Assembly: GCF_963921235.1 (NCBI RefSeq)
Contig: NC_086106.1
Coordinates: 24,242,001-24,306,000, forward strand
From: Mobula hypostoma
Lineage: Eukaryota
Reading direction: 5' to 3'
DNA length: 64,000 nucleotides
The notes under the pieces are model-generated. The model searched no databases, was not told where the DNA came from, and saw nothing but the letters and a program-made list of their open reading frames with translations. The number at the start of each line of letters is the position of its first letter. The first letter of the stretch is position 1. A program made the position numbers and the translations under genes. Below are positions 25,153 to 38,257 of this stretch, one piece after another.

Positions 25153-25420
25153 CACTGTGCAGCAACATCAGCAAAAATGCGTTATTATCCCCATGGATCC
25201 TTCTTTCACCATCGGCAAGTACTACCAGTTACGTTTTCTGAACCGACTGTCGTTGCTTCAGGGATGCGGATGCATGCTAGATGATATCTACCAGCTACAT
25301 TACACCAGCTGCTAGATGTCATCCTCAAGCAGGATATGTGGTATGTACAAGGTAATGACGGATTATTTCTTCTTGCATCATCGGTAGAACATACAAATTG
25401 CAGCAGAGGAAGATAAGAGT
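25153..25420 (-). pseudogene. Possible highly decayed V remnant
   Basis: SLPCTYHISCLRMTSSSWC (CTY...W spacing of 13) and a perfect CACAGTG at 25153-25159. There is no YYC and the nonamer is poor. Confidence 0.25.
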
Positions 25421-26378
25421 ACACGCTGGGCCAAAAGACAGTGGTGAAAATGAGACAGTCGGTCAAGTACGCCGATAGAGGAGATCTTGCAGATTACAGC
25501 TCCTAAATTCTGCTTTAGTTTAAGATTACGCACTTCCACCATTCCACCATCGCCGCATTTAGAACATGCTTTTATTTAACTTGCTATCTGTAGACGAATT
25601 TTATTTTTCGTAAACTTGATTGTATTCATTGTTCTTTGACTGCTACATTGCTGTTTTCGACAAACACAAATATTGTCCTGATGTTTTGATGCATGCATTT
25701 CAATTTATTTACCTACTAAAATATCGTTCGAAAGCTAGGCAACACTTGTGTGTTTTAAAAGACGTCAATAACGCCGCTTTGGAGGTTTTTTTTCCTCGAA
25801 TTTGTTTAAATACAAGACAAAAAATACAATGTTGACTGTAGTCTAAACCAACAGAATCTACGGCTGAATTCCAATATCAGTCAGAATGTTATACCAGAAT
25901 AGGAAGCTGGAATGATCAGATTTAAACATATTTCCGAAATAAAATTAAAAGCAAAACACTTTAAGTTCTGGGAAATAAAAAACAACAACAACAACAACAT
26001 TAATTTCCGGTTAGCTCAAGAAATATATCGTCGACCTCAAAATACGCCTGCATAAAAATCGTTCGACGCTGTTTGATGGCCTGAGGCTATAGAAAGCGGA
26101 ATGTTCCACTGCTAGAAGTACACATGGGACGAAAAGAGAAGCCGTTACAATGCATTTGTCCAGAGCATGATGGAGCGTCTCTGGCCTGAAACATTAATAC
26201 AGATTATTTAATAGATTGGTGCAAGCTCGCACAGATTGTCCCCGCTGGTACTGACTTCATGTAAATCGTTCCATGGATTGGTTATCACTCATTACACCTT
26301 TTGTAAACGTTTAGTCCTCTATTTAGGTTCGCCAACCATCTGCAGTACCACGGACCTCCTGTTGCTGCAAAAATATTT

Positions 26379-29300
26379 CAATAGACAATAGACAATAGGT
26401 GCAGAAGTAGACTATTCGGCCCTTCGATCCTGCACCGCCATTCTGAGATCATGACTGACCATCTACTATCAATACCCGGTTCCTGCCTTGTCCCCATAAC
26501 CCTCGATTCCCCTATCCATAAGGTACCTATCTAGCTCCTTCTTGAATGCTTCCAGAGAATTGGCCTCCACTTCCTTCTGAGGCAGCGCGTTCCATACCTA
26601 CCTCCACAACTCTCTGGGAGAAGAAGTTCCTCCTCAATTCTGTCCTAAATGACCTACCCCTTATTCCCCCTTATTCTTAAACCAAGCCCTCTGATACTGG
26701 ACTCTCCCAACAAGTGGAAAATATTTCCTGTCTTTATCTTGTCCAATCCCTTAATAATCTTATATGTCTCAATCAGATCCCCCCTTAATCTCCTTAATTC
26801 CAGCGTGTACAAGCCCAGTCTCTCTAACCTGTCTGCGTAACACAGTCCGGACATCCCAGGAATTAACCTACTGAACCTACGCTGCACCTCCTCTACAGCC
26901 AGGATGTCCTTCCTTAACCCTGGAGACCAAAACTGCACACAATACTCCAGGTGTGGTCTACTAGGGCTCTGTACAAATGCAAAAGGATTTCCTTGCTCTT
27001 GTACTCAATTCCCTTTGTAATAAAGGCCAGCATTCCATTAGCCTTCTGCACTGCCTGCTGCACTTGCTCATTCAGCTTCATAGACTGATGAACAAGTACT
27101 CCTAGATCTCTTTGTATTTCTCCCTTACCTAACTCCACACCGTTCAGATAATAATCTGCCTTCCTGTTATTGCACACTTATTCACATTAAACGCCATCTG
27201 TCAAGTTTCTGCCCACTCACCCAACCTATCCAAGTCTCCTTGAATTCTCCTATCAATCTTATCACATGTCACACTTCCGCCCAGCTTAGTATCATCAGAA
27301 GACTTGCTGATGTTATTCACAATGCCCTCTTCTAAACAATTAACGTAAATCGTAAACAGCTATGGTCCCAATACCGAGCCCTGTAGCACCCCACTAGTCA
27401 CCACCTGCCATTCCGAGCAACACTCATTCACTGCTACCCTTTGCTTTCTATCTGCCAGCCAGTTTTCTATCCATGTCAATATCCTCCCCCCAATGCCATG
27501 AACTCTGATTTTACCCACCAATCTCCTATGTGGTACCTTATCAAATGCCTTCTGAAAGTCAAGGTACACCACATCCACTGGATCTTCCGCGTCTATCTTC
27601 CTGATTACATCCTCGAAAAACTCCAATAAATTAGTCAAGCATGATTTGCCCTTGGTAAATCCATGCTGGCTAGGCCCAATCCTATCACTGCTGTCAATAC
27701 ACGCCGCTATTTCATCTTTAATAAAGGAATCTAACATCGTCCCTACTACTGATGTTAGGCTAACAGGCGATAGTTCTCTGTTGTCTCTCTCCCTCCTTAA
27801 AAAAAAAGTGGGATAACATTAGCCATTCGCCAATCCTCAGGAACTGATCCTGAATCAAAGGAATATTGGAAAATGATCACTAATGCATCCGCAATTTCCA
27901 GAGCCACACCCTTTAGTACCCTAGGATGCAGACCATCTGGACCTGAGCCTTCAGTCCCATCAGTCTACGTATCACCGTTTCCTTCCCAATGTCAATCTGT
28001 TTCATTTCCTCTGTTACCCTATGTCCTTGGCCCATCCATACATCTGGGAGATTGCTTGTGCCTTCCCTAGTGAAGACAGATCCAAAGTAATTATTAAATT
28101 CGTCTGCCATTTTTCTGTTTCCCATAACAATTTCTCCGAATTCATTTTTCAAGGGCCCAACATTGTTCTTAACTATCTTCCTTTTTTTCACGTACCTAAA
28201 AAAAAACTCCTCCTTTATACCTGCAATCCTCCTTTATATTCCTAGCTAGCTTGCGTTCATACCTCATTTTTTTTCTCCCCGTATTGCCTTTTTAGTTAAG
28301 TTCTGTTGTTCCTTAAAAATTTCCCAGTCATCCGTCTTCCCGCTCACCTTATCTCTGACTTCCTTTGTCAACCACTGTGGCCACTTCTCCCCCTTTGAAT
28401 CCTTCCTTCTCCGGGGGATGAACTGATTTTGCACCTTGTGCATTATTCGCAAGACTACCTGCCATTGCTGTTCCACTGTCTTTTCTGTTCGGATATCCGA
28501 CCAGTCAACTTTGGCCATGTCCTCCCTCATGGCTTCATTGTCTCCTTTCCTCAACTGCAGTACTGACACTTCTGATCTGCCCTTATCCTTCTAAACTTGC
28601 ATATGAAAATTTATCATATTATGGTCACTACCTACTAATGGCTCCTTTACTTCAAGATCACTTACCAAATCCTGTTCACTGCACAACACTAAATCCAGAA
28701 TAGCCTTATCCCTGGTCGGCGCTCGTACAATCTGCTCCAAAAATGCATCCCGTAGGCTCTCCCTATCCTGGAGTCCAGTCTCAACCAGATTTTCCCAGTT
28801 CACCTGCAAGTTGAAATCTCCCTTAAATACTGCGACATTTCCATTGCCACATGCCATTGTTAACTCCCTATTCAACTTGCACCCAATATGCATGCTATTG
28901 TGCGGGGGCCGGTAGATAACACCTATTAGGGTCTTTTTGCCCTTACTGTTCCTCAGTTCTATCCACACTGACTCTACTTCTCCTTATTCTATGTCCCCCA
29001 TTGCAAGGGACTGAATCTCATTCCTTACCAACAGGGCCACCCCACCCCCTCTGCGCACCTTTCTGTCCCTTCGATAGCACGTATACCCTTGGACATTCAA
29101 TTTCCAGTTGATCCCCCTGCAGCCATGTCTCCGTTATCCCAACAACTTCATAGTTACCCATTTGCACCTGAGCTTCCAGCTCATTCGCCTTATATCTGAC
29201 ACTTCGTGCATTCAGATATAGAATTTTTAACCCATTTCTCCTCTCTCTGTTTAAATCGCTGCCTATTGTGCGTAACCCAGCTCCCCGAACTCTCACCGGG

Positions 29301-30870
29301 GTATACGCCCCTTGAACATTGTTGTCCTTCTTAAATTTAGTTACTCTTTCTGCACATTTAACTCCATGCTCCGTCAGACCATCCGTTTGCACATGTATCC
29401 TCCTTATCACCCGTTCCGCCTCAACTTTCTCTACTTCACACTTAATATTCCGAAACCGTGTAGTCCCCACCTGTCCTTTAAACTTCATCTCACTCACATT
29501 CTGTATCCCTGCCCCCTGCAAATTTAGTTTAACCCCCCCCCCCCCCCGCCCCGCAAGCAGCACTAGCAAACTTTCCTGCAGGAATGTTAGTACCCCTTCA
29601 GTTTAGGCGTAAACCGTCCCGTCGGAACAGATCCCACCTTCCCTGGACCAAAGCCCAATTATCTAAAAACCTGAAGACCTCCCACCTGCACCATCCTCTC
29701 AGCCACGTATTGATCTGCATAATCCTTCTGTTCCTTGCCTCACTCTCTCGTGGCACAGGTAGCAATCCTGAGATTGTTACCCTGAAGGTCCTGCCCTTCA
29801 GCTTCGCACCTAACTCCGTGAGCTCACTACGCAAGACCCCCTCACTCTTCCTACCCACGTCGTTGGTTCCTACATGGACCACAACATCTGGATTCTTGCC
29901 CTCCCTCTCGAGAATAACCTGCACCCGATCTGAGATGTCCCGGACCCCGACAACAGGGAGGCAACATACCATCAGAGACTCCCAATCTCACCCCACAAAA
30001 TCTCCTATCTACCCCGCTGACTATAGAATACCCTATCACTACCGCTGTTCTCTCTTCCCTCCTCCCCTTCTGATTCGAGGGTCCAACCTCAGTGCCAGAG
30101 ACAGCACCACTGCATTTTGTTCCTGGTAGGTCATCCCCACCAACAGTATCCAAAACGGTATGCTTATTGTTGATGGGAATAGCCACAGGGCTGCTCTGCT
30201 CTCTCTGCCTGCTCCCCCTCCATCTCCTGACAGTCACCCAGTTGCCTACGTCCCGTCTTTTGTGTGTGACTACCTCCCGATACCTCTTATCTATCTCTGT
30301 CTCTGCATCCCTAATGATCCGTAGTTAATCTAGCTCCAGCTCCAATTCCCTAACTCGCTCTGATAGGAGCTGCAGCTGGATGCACCTTCTGCAGGTGTGG
30401 TCATCAGGGACAACTACGTTGACCCAGACCTCCCACATACTGCATATGGAGCACACCACTGCTATAACTATCTCCCCCACTACCTGATCCCAGATTAATC
30501 AGAATAAATTAAAAAGTACCTACCGACCTTAACTTTTTTCTTCAGCAAACACGTACTCAAGCTCACTGATTACCTCTCACCGAAGACCCCCTTACGCCGA
30601 AGCCCACTGAGCCAAAGCCCAGTACTCTGCTCCGGCGCACTCCGCTGCCCGCACCTGCAAGTGAGCCTCTTTTTAAACACCGCGCTCGCCGCTGACGTCA
30701 CCCGCCCCTGCGCAGTTTTACCTTCCTCCTCAGGTAATGCCCAGGTAGTCCCGATCTTCCTCGGCCTACCTACAACGGCTGATCCTCCTATCCTCCGATC
30801 TCCAGTCGTCCGTCGACCTCGAGCACTCCATGCTCCCGCACCGACGTTGCCCGTCCTGCATTGGAACTTC
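26379..30870 (-). mobile_element. Near full-length CR1-like LINE (ORF1 zinc finger plus esterase; ORF2 endonuclease plus RT), frameshifted
   Basis: (CTATTGT)n 3' tail at 26379-26398. RT motifs QHGFTKGKSCLTNL..VDVVYLDFQKAFDKVPH..GVLQGSVLGP. Endonuclease LYLNARS..VVGITETWL, GVIYRPP, GDFNL, DLVL..SDHNMI. ORF1 GYSIVSGVDRRFCG..CCLP..VVVHVGTNDVG..LHLN-like end. Confidence 0.95.
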
Positions 30871-31819
30871 TGATCTACTGCATGATATTGTTTGCTTATT
30901 TAGCACCACGAAATCTCTGCTGTGACATGTGACGTGGTTTCTTTACTGACATTTTCGAATAACTTATCTACTATACCGGTATAACGTATTGTTTTGCCAT
31001 TATATCCTGGGCCAAAACTATTCTGGAAAAAAATACGAAGAGAAATAAGAACAGAATTGACTTTCTATACACTCGAAGGCACACAGATTATTAGTACTTG
31101 CAGGTATAGAATGGAGAGAAGAATAATAAACATTAAAAAAGAGAACAGTTATATAAAACACAATGGTATGGTTTCATCAAGATAATGAACGTATTAGTAC
31201 GCCATGCGAGAATATACAATCTTGATGAGGTGTATACACCACTGACCTTAAATGAATGCACAACACGGAGAAATGAAGACATTTTCAAAACAAAAGAAAA
31301 TACATTGAACAATGGAAGAGCATAACCCTACTTGGAAAGCAACACCACGATTTCCATATGGGAGAACTAAATGTCGACAACGAAGTGTTGAAATCCAGTT
31401 TATGTCATGGTCCGGATTGGGGTCCCTTTAAATTTAGCTTGTTTATGCTACGATCCGGACCGCTGATTCCCTGTTTTCCCGTATCCCTCGACTTTGCTGA
31501 TTAGAGGTAATTCACACTCAGCTGAACCGGTCGCTTATAGTCTCCGACTTTCAGCCGTTCGGTGCGGAGCGCCTGCAAAGCCACATCGTGCCAATGTCAT
31601 CTGGCCGGAGCAAGCCTAGTTCTCCGCCCGAAGCGAGAGCCGGTAATTCGCCTTTCCTCACCGGAGTAACCCTGTTCGGTTACCTCGCTGAAGCAAGCCT
31701 GAAAGTTTCCTCATCACGGTAGGTCCGTCAGTTGACTCGCCGGAGAGAATCAAGACCCGCTGTCTACTGTTCCCGGGCGGTGTCGAGAGCTCGACACTAC
31801 CCGGAGGTTCCAAGCACCA

Positions 31820-32150
31820 CGTCCTGGCGGGCGGCATTCAACTACCACGTCCACCTCCTGGCTCCGGCGGCATCCAAGTACCACGTCCACGTCCTGGCTC
31901 CGGTGTCATCCAAGTACCACGTCCACATTCTGGCTCCGGCGGCGTGCAAGTAACATGTCCACGTCCTGTCCCCGGCGGCGTTCAAGTACCACGTCCACGT
32001 CCTGGCCCTGGCGGCGTTCTAGTACCACGCCAAGTCCTGGCCCTGCCGGCGTTCAAGTGCCATGTCAAGACCTGGACCTGCCGGCGTTCAAGTGCCATGT
32101 CAAGACCTGGACCTGCCGGCGTTCAAGTGCCATGTCAAGTCCCGGCCTCG
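31820..32150. repeat. 36-bp then 35-bp tandem repeats inside the LTR
   Basis: TACCACGTCCAC unit recurs at 31843, 31879 and onward (period 36). CCGGCGTTCAAGTGCCATGTCAAG recurs at 32046, 32081 and 32116 (period 35). Confidence 0.92.
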
Positions 32151-32334
32151 GCGGCTTCCAGTTCTGAGCCTAGTCCTAGCCCTGGTGGTCTGTGATTCCT
32201 GTCCTAACCCCTTGTCAGAATCCCTTATCTGCCCCTCACGCTTCTAGCCCTCGTCTGCAGCCCCCGCCTGCACTTCGGTCTAGTTCCAACACCGGACCTT
32301 GATAGGTACTGTCTGGTGTTCATTCGTGTTGGTC

Positions 32335-32610
32335 TTGTCTTGTCTTGTCCTCGCCTCCGTGGGGTATGACTGACCGTCTTGCCGTTGCCCCGCGGGAAGC
32401 CATGTCTTGTCTTGTCCTGTCCTCGCCTTCGTGGGGTAAGTCAGGGCATCTTGCCGTTGCCCCGCGGGGAGTCGAGTCTTATCTTGTCTTGTCCTCGCCT
32501 CCGTGGGGTAAGTCAGGCCATCTTGCCGTTGCCCCGCTGGAGGTCATGTCTTGTCGTGTCTTGTCCTCGCCTCCGTGAGGTAAATCAGGCCGTCATGCCG
32601 TTGCCCCGCA
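32335..32610. repeat. 72-bp tandem repeat (about 4 copies) inside the LTR
   Basis: CCTCGCCT(C/T)CGTG recurs at 32349, 32421, 32493 and 32565. Confidence 0.92.
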
Positions 32611-33794
32611 GAGGGTTATGAGTCCCGGCCCTATGTCCGGTACCCAAGCAGGGGTCCCGGCTCTCTTTTCTGTGTATGTGTACATGGTTCCATGTACCTG
32701 ATCTCCCTATCCCATGTCATGTCCATGCCTGGTGAAGAGTTCCCAGTCTCGGGCTCGGAGTTCATACCCTAGCCTCTTCATGTTTTCTCTAGTTCTGGGA
32801 GCCGATTCCGAGTTCTAGCCCAGACCCTTGGTCCCAGCCTAGTCGTAGTCCTCAGTCCTTGTCCAGTTCGCTACTCCTGCTCCGGCCTAGCTCTCCTGAT
32901 ATCGAACAATAAGCTAAATTTAATTAACCTCACAGCATGTGTCTTGCATTTGGGTCCACCCTTGCTCCCAATGCACCCGCCATTGTTACGGTTTTAGTCT
33001 TAGATACCACTTCCCAGCAACATAAGGTTCACTAATGATAATATAAGACAGATGGCTAACGCGAAGAAAACATATCAAAAATACACAATAAATAGCTGAA
33101 AGGAAACAAAATGGTAAATAATGTAAATGCCAAGTGAAAGCAAAAGCAATGCAGCACTTTAACTCAATCTCATTACATTCACCGTAACTTTTAATTGGCA
33201 AACATCATTCATCAAATGTCTTTTTTGTAAAATAAACATTCTGTTATAAAACACTTCCTCACTATAAATAAATTCCTAATGCAGGCATTGGATTTGAATA
33301 CTACTAGTTATATTACGACCACTCAATTATACAGATAGGGTAATGCACAATAACCTTTCCAATATTACATGACAGGACTCACAAGCAAGAACGACTTACT
33401 TGTTAAAATAGCCATCCCAGGCACAGATCACATACATAAATAATTAAAGAACACCCCTAAAAGAGGAAAGTGATAGACAATGAAACACGAACAAAATATA
33501 CTTTGTCCCAATAGTACTATATATAGCCAGGCATGTCAATTTTCAGAAAAATTCGGGATTAGTCCAAATGTTCGTCTCAATTGACGAATGTGTATTGTTC
33601 GTTCTGCCGGGCTTTATGTTTTACCAGTTTGAGCTGAAACCAAAGAAGTCTTCATAAACTGGAAACGGAAATACGTGAAACGTTTGAAGACTTCTGATGA
33701 TTTAACTCCGCCTGAAATTTTGACATCGTAGAACTACGGTTGTAAGTACCTGCGTTAATTCTACCTCAGGAGAACTTCCTGGGGTAGAATAACG

Positions 33795-33975
33795 AGAGAA
33801 CAGTTAATATACTCTCACACAGGCTCTAAGCTAATCATGCTGCTTCCTGATTCTCTGTGTACCGTTTCATTTGATGAGCCTGTGGTTTCGGATCTGGTCT
33901 GCTGTCTCAGCCACTGTATACCCAAGTAACCAACTGAGAAGTTGTTGTAATCATCCCTCACCAGTGTGCAGCTGC
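33795..33975 (-). pseudogene. Internally deleted V remnant just downstream of the 34037 V
   Basis: GIQWLRQQ..AAA CCA CAG (KPQ)..CTC ATC, then GTA TAT TA(A)C TGT TCT CTC (VYYCxL). No recognisable RSS. Confidence 0.4.
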
Positions 33976-34036
33976 ACTATGAGAACAAGCCGTTGTTTGT
34001 GCATGAGTGTTTTGTCGGTTTCTCTCATAGTAAGTG

Positions 34037-34331
34037 TATCAGCAGAGTAATACTCTGCCGTGTCTGACTACCCCAGACCTATTAATGTTCCTTCAGGGAG
34101 CTCTGGCGTACCAAAAAAACAACAACAACAACAACAACAAACTGACCCTTAAACAAGTCTGCATTTATTTCAGTTTTATCATTATGCACAGCAAACTCAG
34201 AATGTCCGCTTGCGTACTGACGATATCAATATTTATATTATCGGAGTAGGTGCAGTTAAAGATGGTGATTTCGTCATCGGTCTGCGTAAGGACGGATTTC
34301 ATCTGAGTAAGGTAATGTGCAACTTTCTGTC
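34037..34331 (-). pseudogene. TCR V pseudogene containing a (GTT)n microsatellite
   Basis: Acceptor CCAG, then YLTQMKSVLTQTDDEITIFNCTYSDN / TGA(W)YRQYASGHSEF..NADLFKGQF / SDTAEYYSAD (Cys104 TGT>TCT). Degenerate RSS: CACTTAC, 14 nt, ACAAAACAC (34007-34036). Confidence 0.82.
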
Positions 34332-36529
34332 CTGGTTCACAGGTAAAGAAAATGGAAGAATACTCTGAGCGTCAGACTAATACGGATTGCCAGGGTAATA
34401 TTCCAAATGATCGTGTGGAATAGAAACAAAAAATCCCAATGCGTTGTGTTCGAATGACTTTCAAAATAACTTCGCCCCTCTGACCAGATTCTGTCCGATT
34501 TTTTTGTTCCTATGCTCTTCTCTCATAAATATGTCCAATAAATAATCAATGTTATCTACTTGTTTTTATGATCCATTCAGCTTCAAATAAATGAAAACAT
34601 TGCAGTTGTCTTCTTTACCCTAGACTCGACCAGTGAATAGATCTTCTGGGAGTCTTCCAAGACAACGCCTACGTCCCTCTGCCCGTCTGATGGTTGAACA
34701 TTCCCCAACGTGGATAATAGTCCGCACTATTTTTCCTTTTACTAAAATGCATTATCAGACATTTTCCAACACTCTAGTTCATTAACCGGTTTTGTGCCCA
34801 TTGTTACAAGTTGTCTAAGTCCTCCTGAAATCGCACATGCTAGAGTCTCTGGAGAAACAAAAAAAAATAAAGATAATAATCAGAATGATGGGGCAGCAAA
34901 GCATGTCAAGCACGTCTTGGACCGTGGTCAATTTGGATCGACACTAACCATCTGTACTAAAAATACCAGAGAAATAGAGAGCGAGATGAGAGGATACTTT
35001 ATAACAGTAAGGGATAGTAATAGGATGATCTAACAGAAGGACTGATAATTAGATTAAGCAGTGCAAATTCGAAACGGCGATCGGGTCTAGGAGGGGATTA
35101 AGGGGATTGCTGGTGACAATGATTGCTAGAGATATCTTCAAACCCGCTAACACCCCAGCAATTCGTTTGCCACTCGTAAATTGAGACACCAATTTACATA
35201 TAATTATGTCTTTGATAAGTACGGATACCTATGGCACATTTAAATTTTCAGATTGCCTTTAACAAGGCGCCGCGTAAAACGATTGAGTACCGGATTAAGA
35301 CACTGTGCTGAGAGCAAAGCAATGACTGGAGTAGCGAGCTGGTTGACATATTGGAAACGAAGCACATTGATACACTAACTTTTCCCAGATACCTCAGCAT
35401 TATGGACAAGGAAGCGATACTTCTGGGGATTATATTTCCACTTACATATGCCTTAATTAATTATGGATAATTATCGTAAGAAATATCCTTCCTAAAATGC
35501 AACAACGTTATATATATATACACCTCTGTGTGTGTGTGTGTGTGTGTATGATCCCATGAAATCCCACACGTTGCTCGTGGACGAACACGGCTAAAAACAG
35601 TGTCGTACTTTGATAGAGACAAATGCAGTAGATTAGAAGAATAATTCTGTGAAAATTTTGAATTCCGCTGTTGTCGATATTTTGACAGACTATCCTAAAT
35701 GTTGCCAAATGTGTGTTAAACCCGCATCGTTAATTTAATTAACAGAATGTTAAGTTGATTATTATATTAATAAATCGTGTTATGTAAATTAATTTACTGG
35801 AAGGATGCAAATAATTGAATTCAAAATTATTCCGAAATTAAATCACAGATAGTTCTATAGATGGATATACAGATAGATAGATATACAGGGAAAATGGGAA
35901 GTGACTGAGAGAGAGAGAGAGATGCCAGATCGAATATATATATTTTCTTGCAAGAAATATTAATTTATATTGTTCAAAATTCAGAGATTTTGATGTTTCT
36001 ATACTCAAATCCTGAGGGAAAAACTGTACTCCGTTCATTCTGTGTGAATTTAAAATTTAGTGAGTGAAGGTTCCAAAGGACATGAAAGACAGTGATAAAA
36101 TTATATTCTAAGATCTGATTGGAATTACATATATTCAATTCAGAAAACAATGTAGTCAAATACCCAATAATTAGTTGATAAATTAAATGTCCTTTTCGAG
36201 AATATTTTGGACATTAAATTTGATCCTGCCAACTATAACTTTGCAAATCTCAGAGGAATTGTGGGAAAAAATGCAGAATGATCGCTGTGATTATCAGGAC
36301 GTCTGCTGTTGGGGAATCAAATGATCTGTCACTGACCTTTTAGAAATCAATAACAATTCTGAAGACGTCCAACACACTAGAATTCCTTATACTATAAGAT
36401 GAGCAAGAAATGAAGAATTGAAATAAAAAAAAAACAACATATCAAGCGACATTTCTGCAGGGAAGTGGAGAATGGAATATTCCATAGAAATCTTTAATCC
36501 GGACTACAATTCGGGGGATGCAGACAATA

Positions 36530-38257
36530 TAGCGAGTTGGGTGAAGTTGAGGGGAATAGTTTAAATGGAGATGGTTATTTCCTCAGCATTTAGATCGGGA
36601 CACGATTGCGCAAGTGCTTGAATTTCATCCGGAGAGAACAGCGAGAAGTATTTAAACAGAAGACAGCTTTATAGAGCGGGCGCAGGGTTAGCGGGCGACG
36701 GAGTAGAGGGAGACAGAGTTGGAAGGATTTAGTTCAACGGGGCTTTGGCGATAACGGGTGGAGGCAAGGGAGGTTTACTGTGTAGAATACAGAGAAGAAG
36801 TATGTGTGTGTGGCCGATGTTGTGTGTTCGGAGTCAAATGTGGGAATTGCGGAGACTCTCAGCCTACCGGTCGGCTATATCTGCGCCAGGTACGTCGAGT
36901 TGCAGCTGATTAGTCACCTGCTTAGGGAACTGGCGATGCAGCTTAATGTCCTTCGCTTGGTCAGAGAGAGTGAGAAATTGATACGGAAGAGCGATAGGCA
37001 GGTATTCTCACAGTGAACTCGGGACATAGATAATTGAATAACTGTCAGAACAGGGAAGGGCAAGCGGAAGATACAGCCGAGTATCCCTGTGGCTGCGTCC
37101 CTTACCAATAAGTACTCCTGTTTGAGGTCCATTGGTGGGACAGCCTACCTGAGGGAAGCAACAGTGGCCGCACCTCTGGCACAGAGTATTGCTCTGTGGC
37201 TCAGGAGTGCCGGGAAAGGAAGAGGATTTCAACAATGATAGGGGAATCTATAGTTAGGGCGTCAGACAGACGATTCGGTATATGCAGGGTAGAAACACGG
37301 ATGGTCGTTGGCCTCGCAGGTACCAGAGTCCGGGAAGTTTCTGATCGCACAACAATATCCTGAAGTGGGGACAAAAGCAGCCAGAGTTCGTAGTGCATAT
37401 TGGTACCAATGACAGAAGTAGGGAAAAAGGACGAGGTCCTGAAGACAGACCACAGAGAGATAGGAAGGAAGTTCAGAAGCAAGAGCACAAAGGTAGTAAT
37501 CTCGGGATTACTGCCTGTGCCATATGACCGTGAGTATACGAATAGTATGAAGTGGAGGATAAATGCGTGGCTGAGGGATTGGAGCAGAGGGCAGGGATTT
37601 AGATATCTGGATCATTGAATCTTCTTTTGGGGCAGATGCGACCTATGGAAAAAGGATCTGTTGCACTTGAATCCCAAGGGGACAAATATCCTGACGGAGA
37701 GTTTTGCAAAGTCTACTGGAGGGTGTTTAGAATGGAACTGCTGGGGTTGGGGGGTGAACCGAACTGAGGTGACGTACGAAGTGATGGTTGTCTCATAAAT
37801 GCAGAAAACTTGGAGATAGCGCGAGATGTCATAAAGAAGGGACGCGCACAGGCCCATGGTTTGAGATCTGTCTATTTTAATGCAAGGAGTATTATGAACA
37901 AAGCGAATAAGCTTAGAGCGTGGATCAGTACTGGGTACTCTGATGTTTTAGTCATTACAGAGACGGAGATATTTTTGGCGCAGGAATGGTTACTTCTAGT
38001 GTTAGGATTTAGCTGTTTCAGAAAGGACAGGGAGGAAGGCAACATAGGTTGGGCCACGGCACTGTTGATCAGAGATAATGTCACGGCTGCAGAAAAGGAA
38101 GAATTTTTGGAGGGGTTGTCGACGGAATTTCTGTGCCTGGAAGCTAGGAACAGGAACAGGTCATTAACTCTATTGGGTATGTTTATAGACCACCCAATAG
38201 TAACAGGGACATCATGGATCAGAAAGGGACACAGATCAGATTTTAGAAAGGTGTAAT
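36530..38257 (+). mobile_element. CR1-like LINE 5' portion (ORF1 and endonuclease), interrupted by the solo LTR; resumes at 40069-40110
   Basis: GESIVRASDRRF, VVHIGTND, and SVYFNARSIMNKANKLRAWI..VITET motifs. After the LTR the sequence continues NNISVVVVRDFNFP. Confidence 0.88.

Larger units (their letters stand above)
31403..32990 (+). mobile_element. Solo LTR (about 1.59 kb) with internal VNTRs
   Basis: Starts TGTCA and ends TGTTACG. Flanks GTTTA/GTTTT are a 4-of-5 TSD match. Termini are shared with 48990-50556 and 38258-40068. Confidence 0.82.

Noticed and set aside
25260-25500. Plus-strand V-like reading (DMWYVQ..GDLADYS) overlapping the minus-strand candidate
   Set aside because: It conflicts with the minus-strand reading, has no cysteines and no RSS. 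It shows that such weak matches can arise by chance.
31820-32610. Regular repeats that superficially resemble a CRISPR array
   Set aside because: They are head-to-tail tandem units with no unique spacers, lie within an LTR in a vertebrate context, and have no cas genes.
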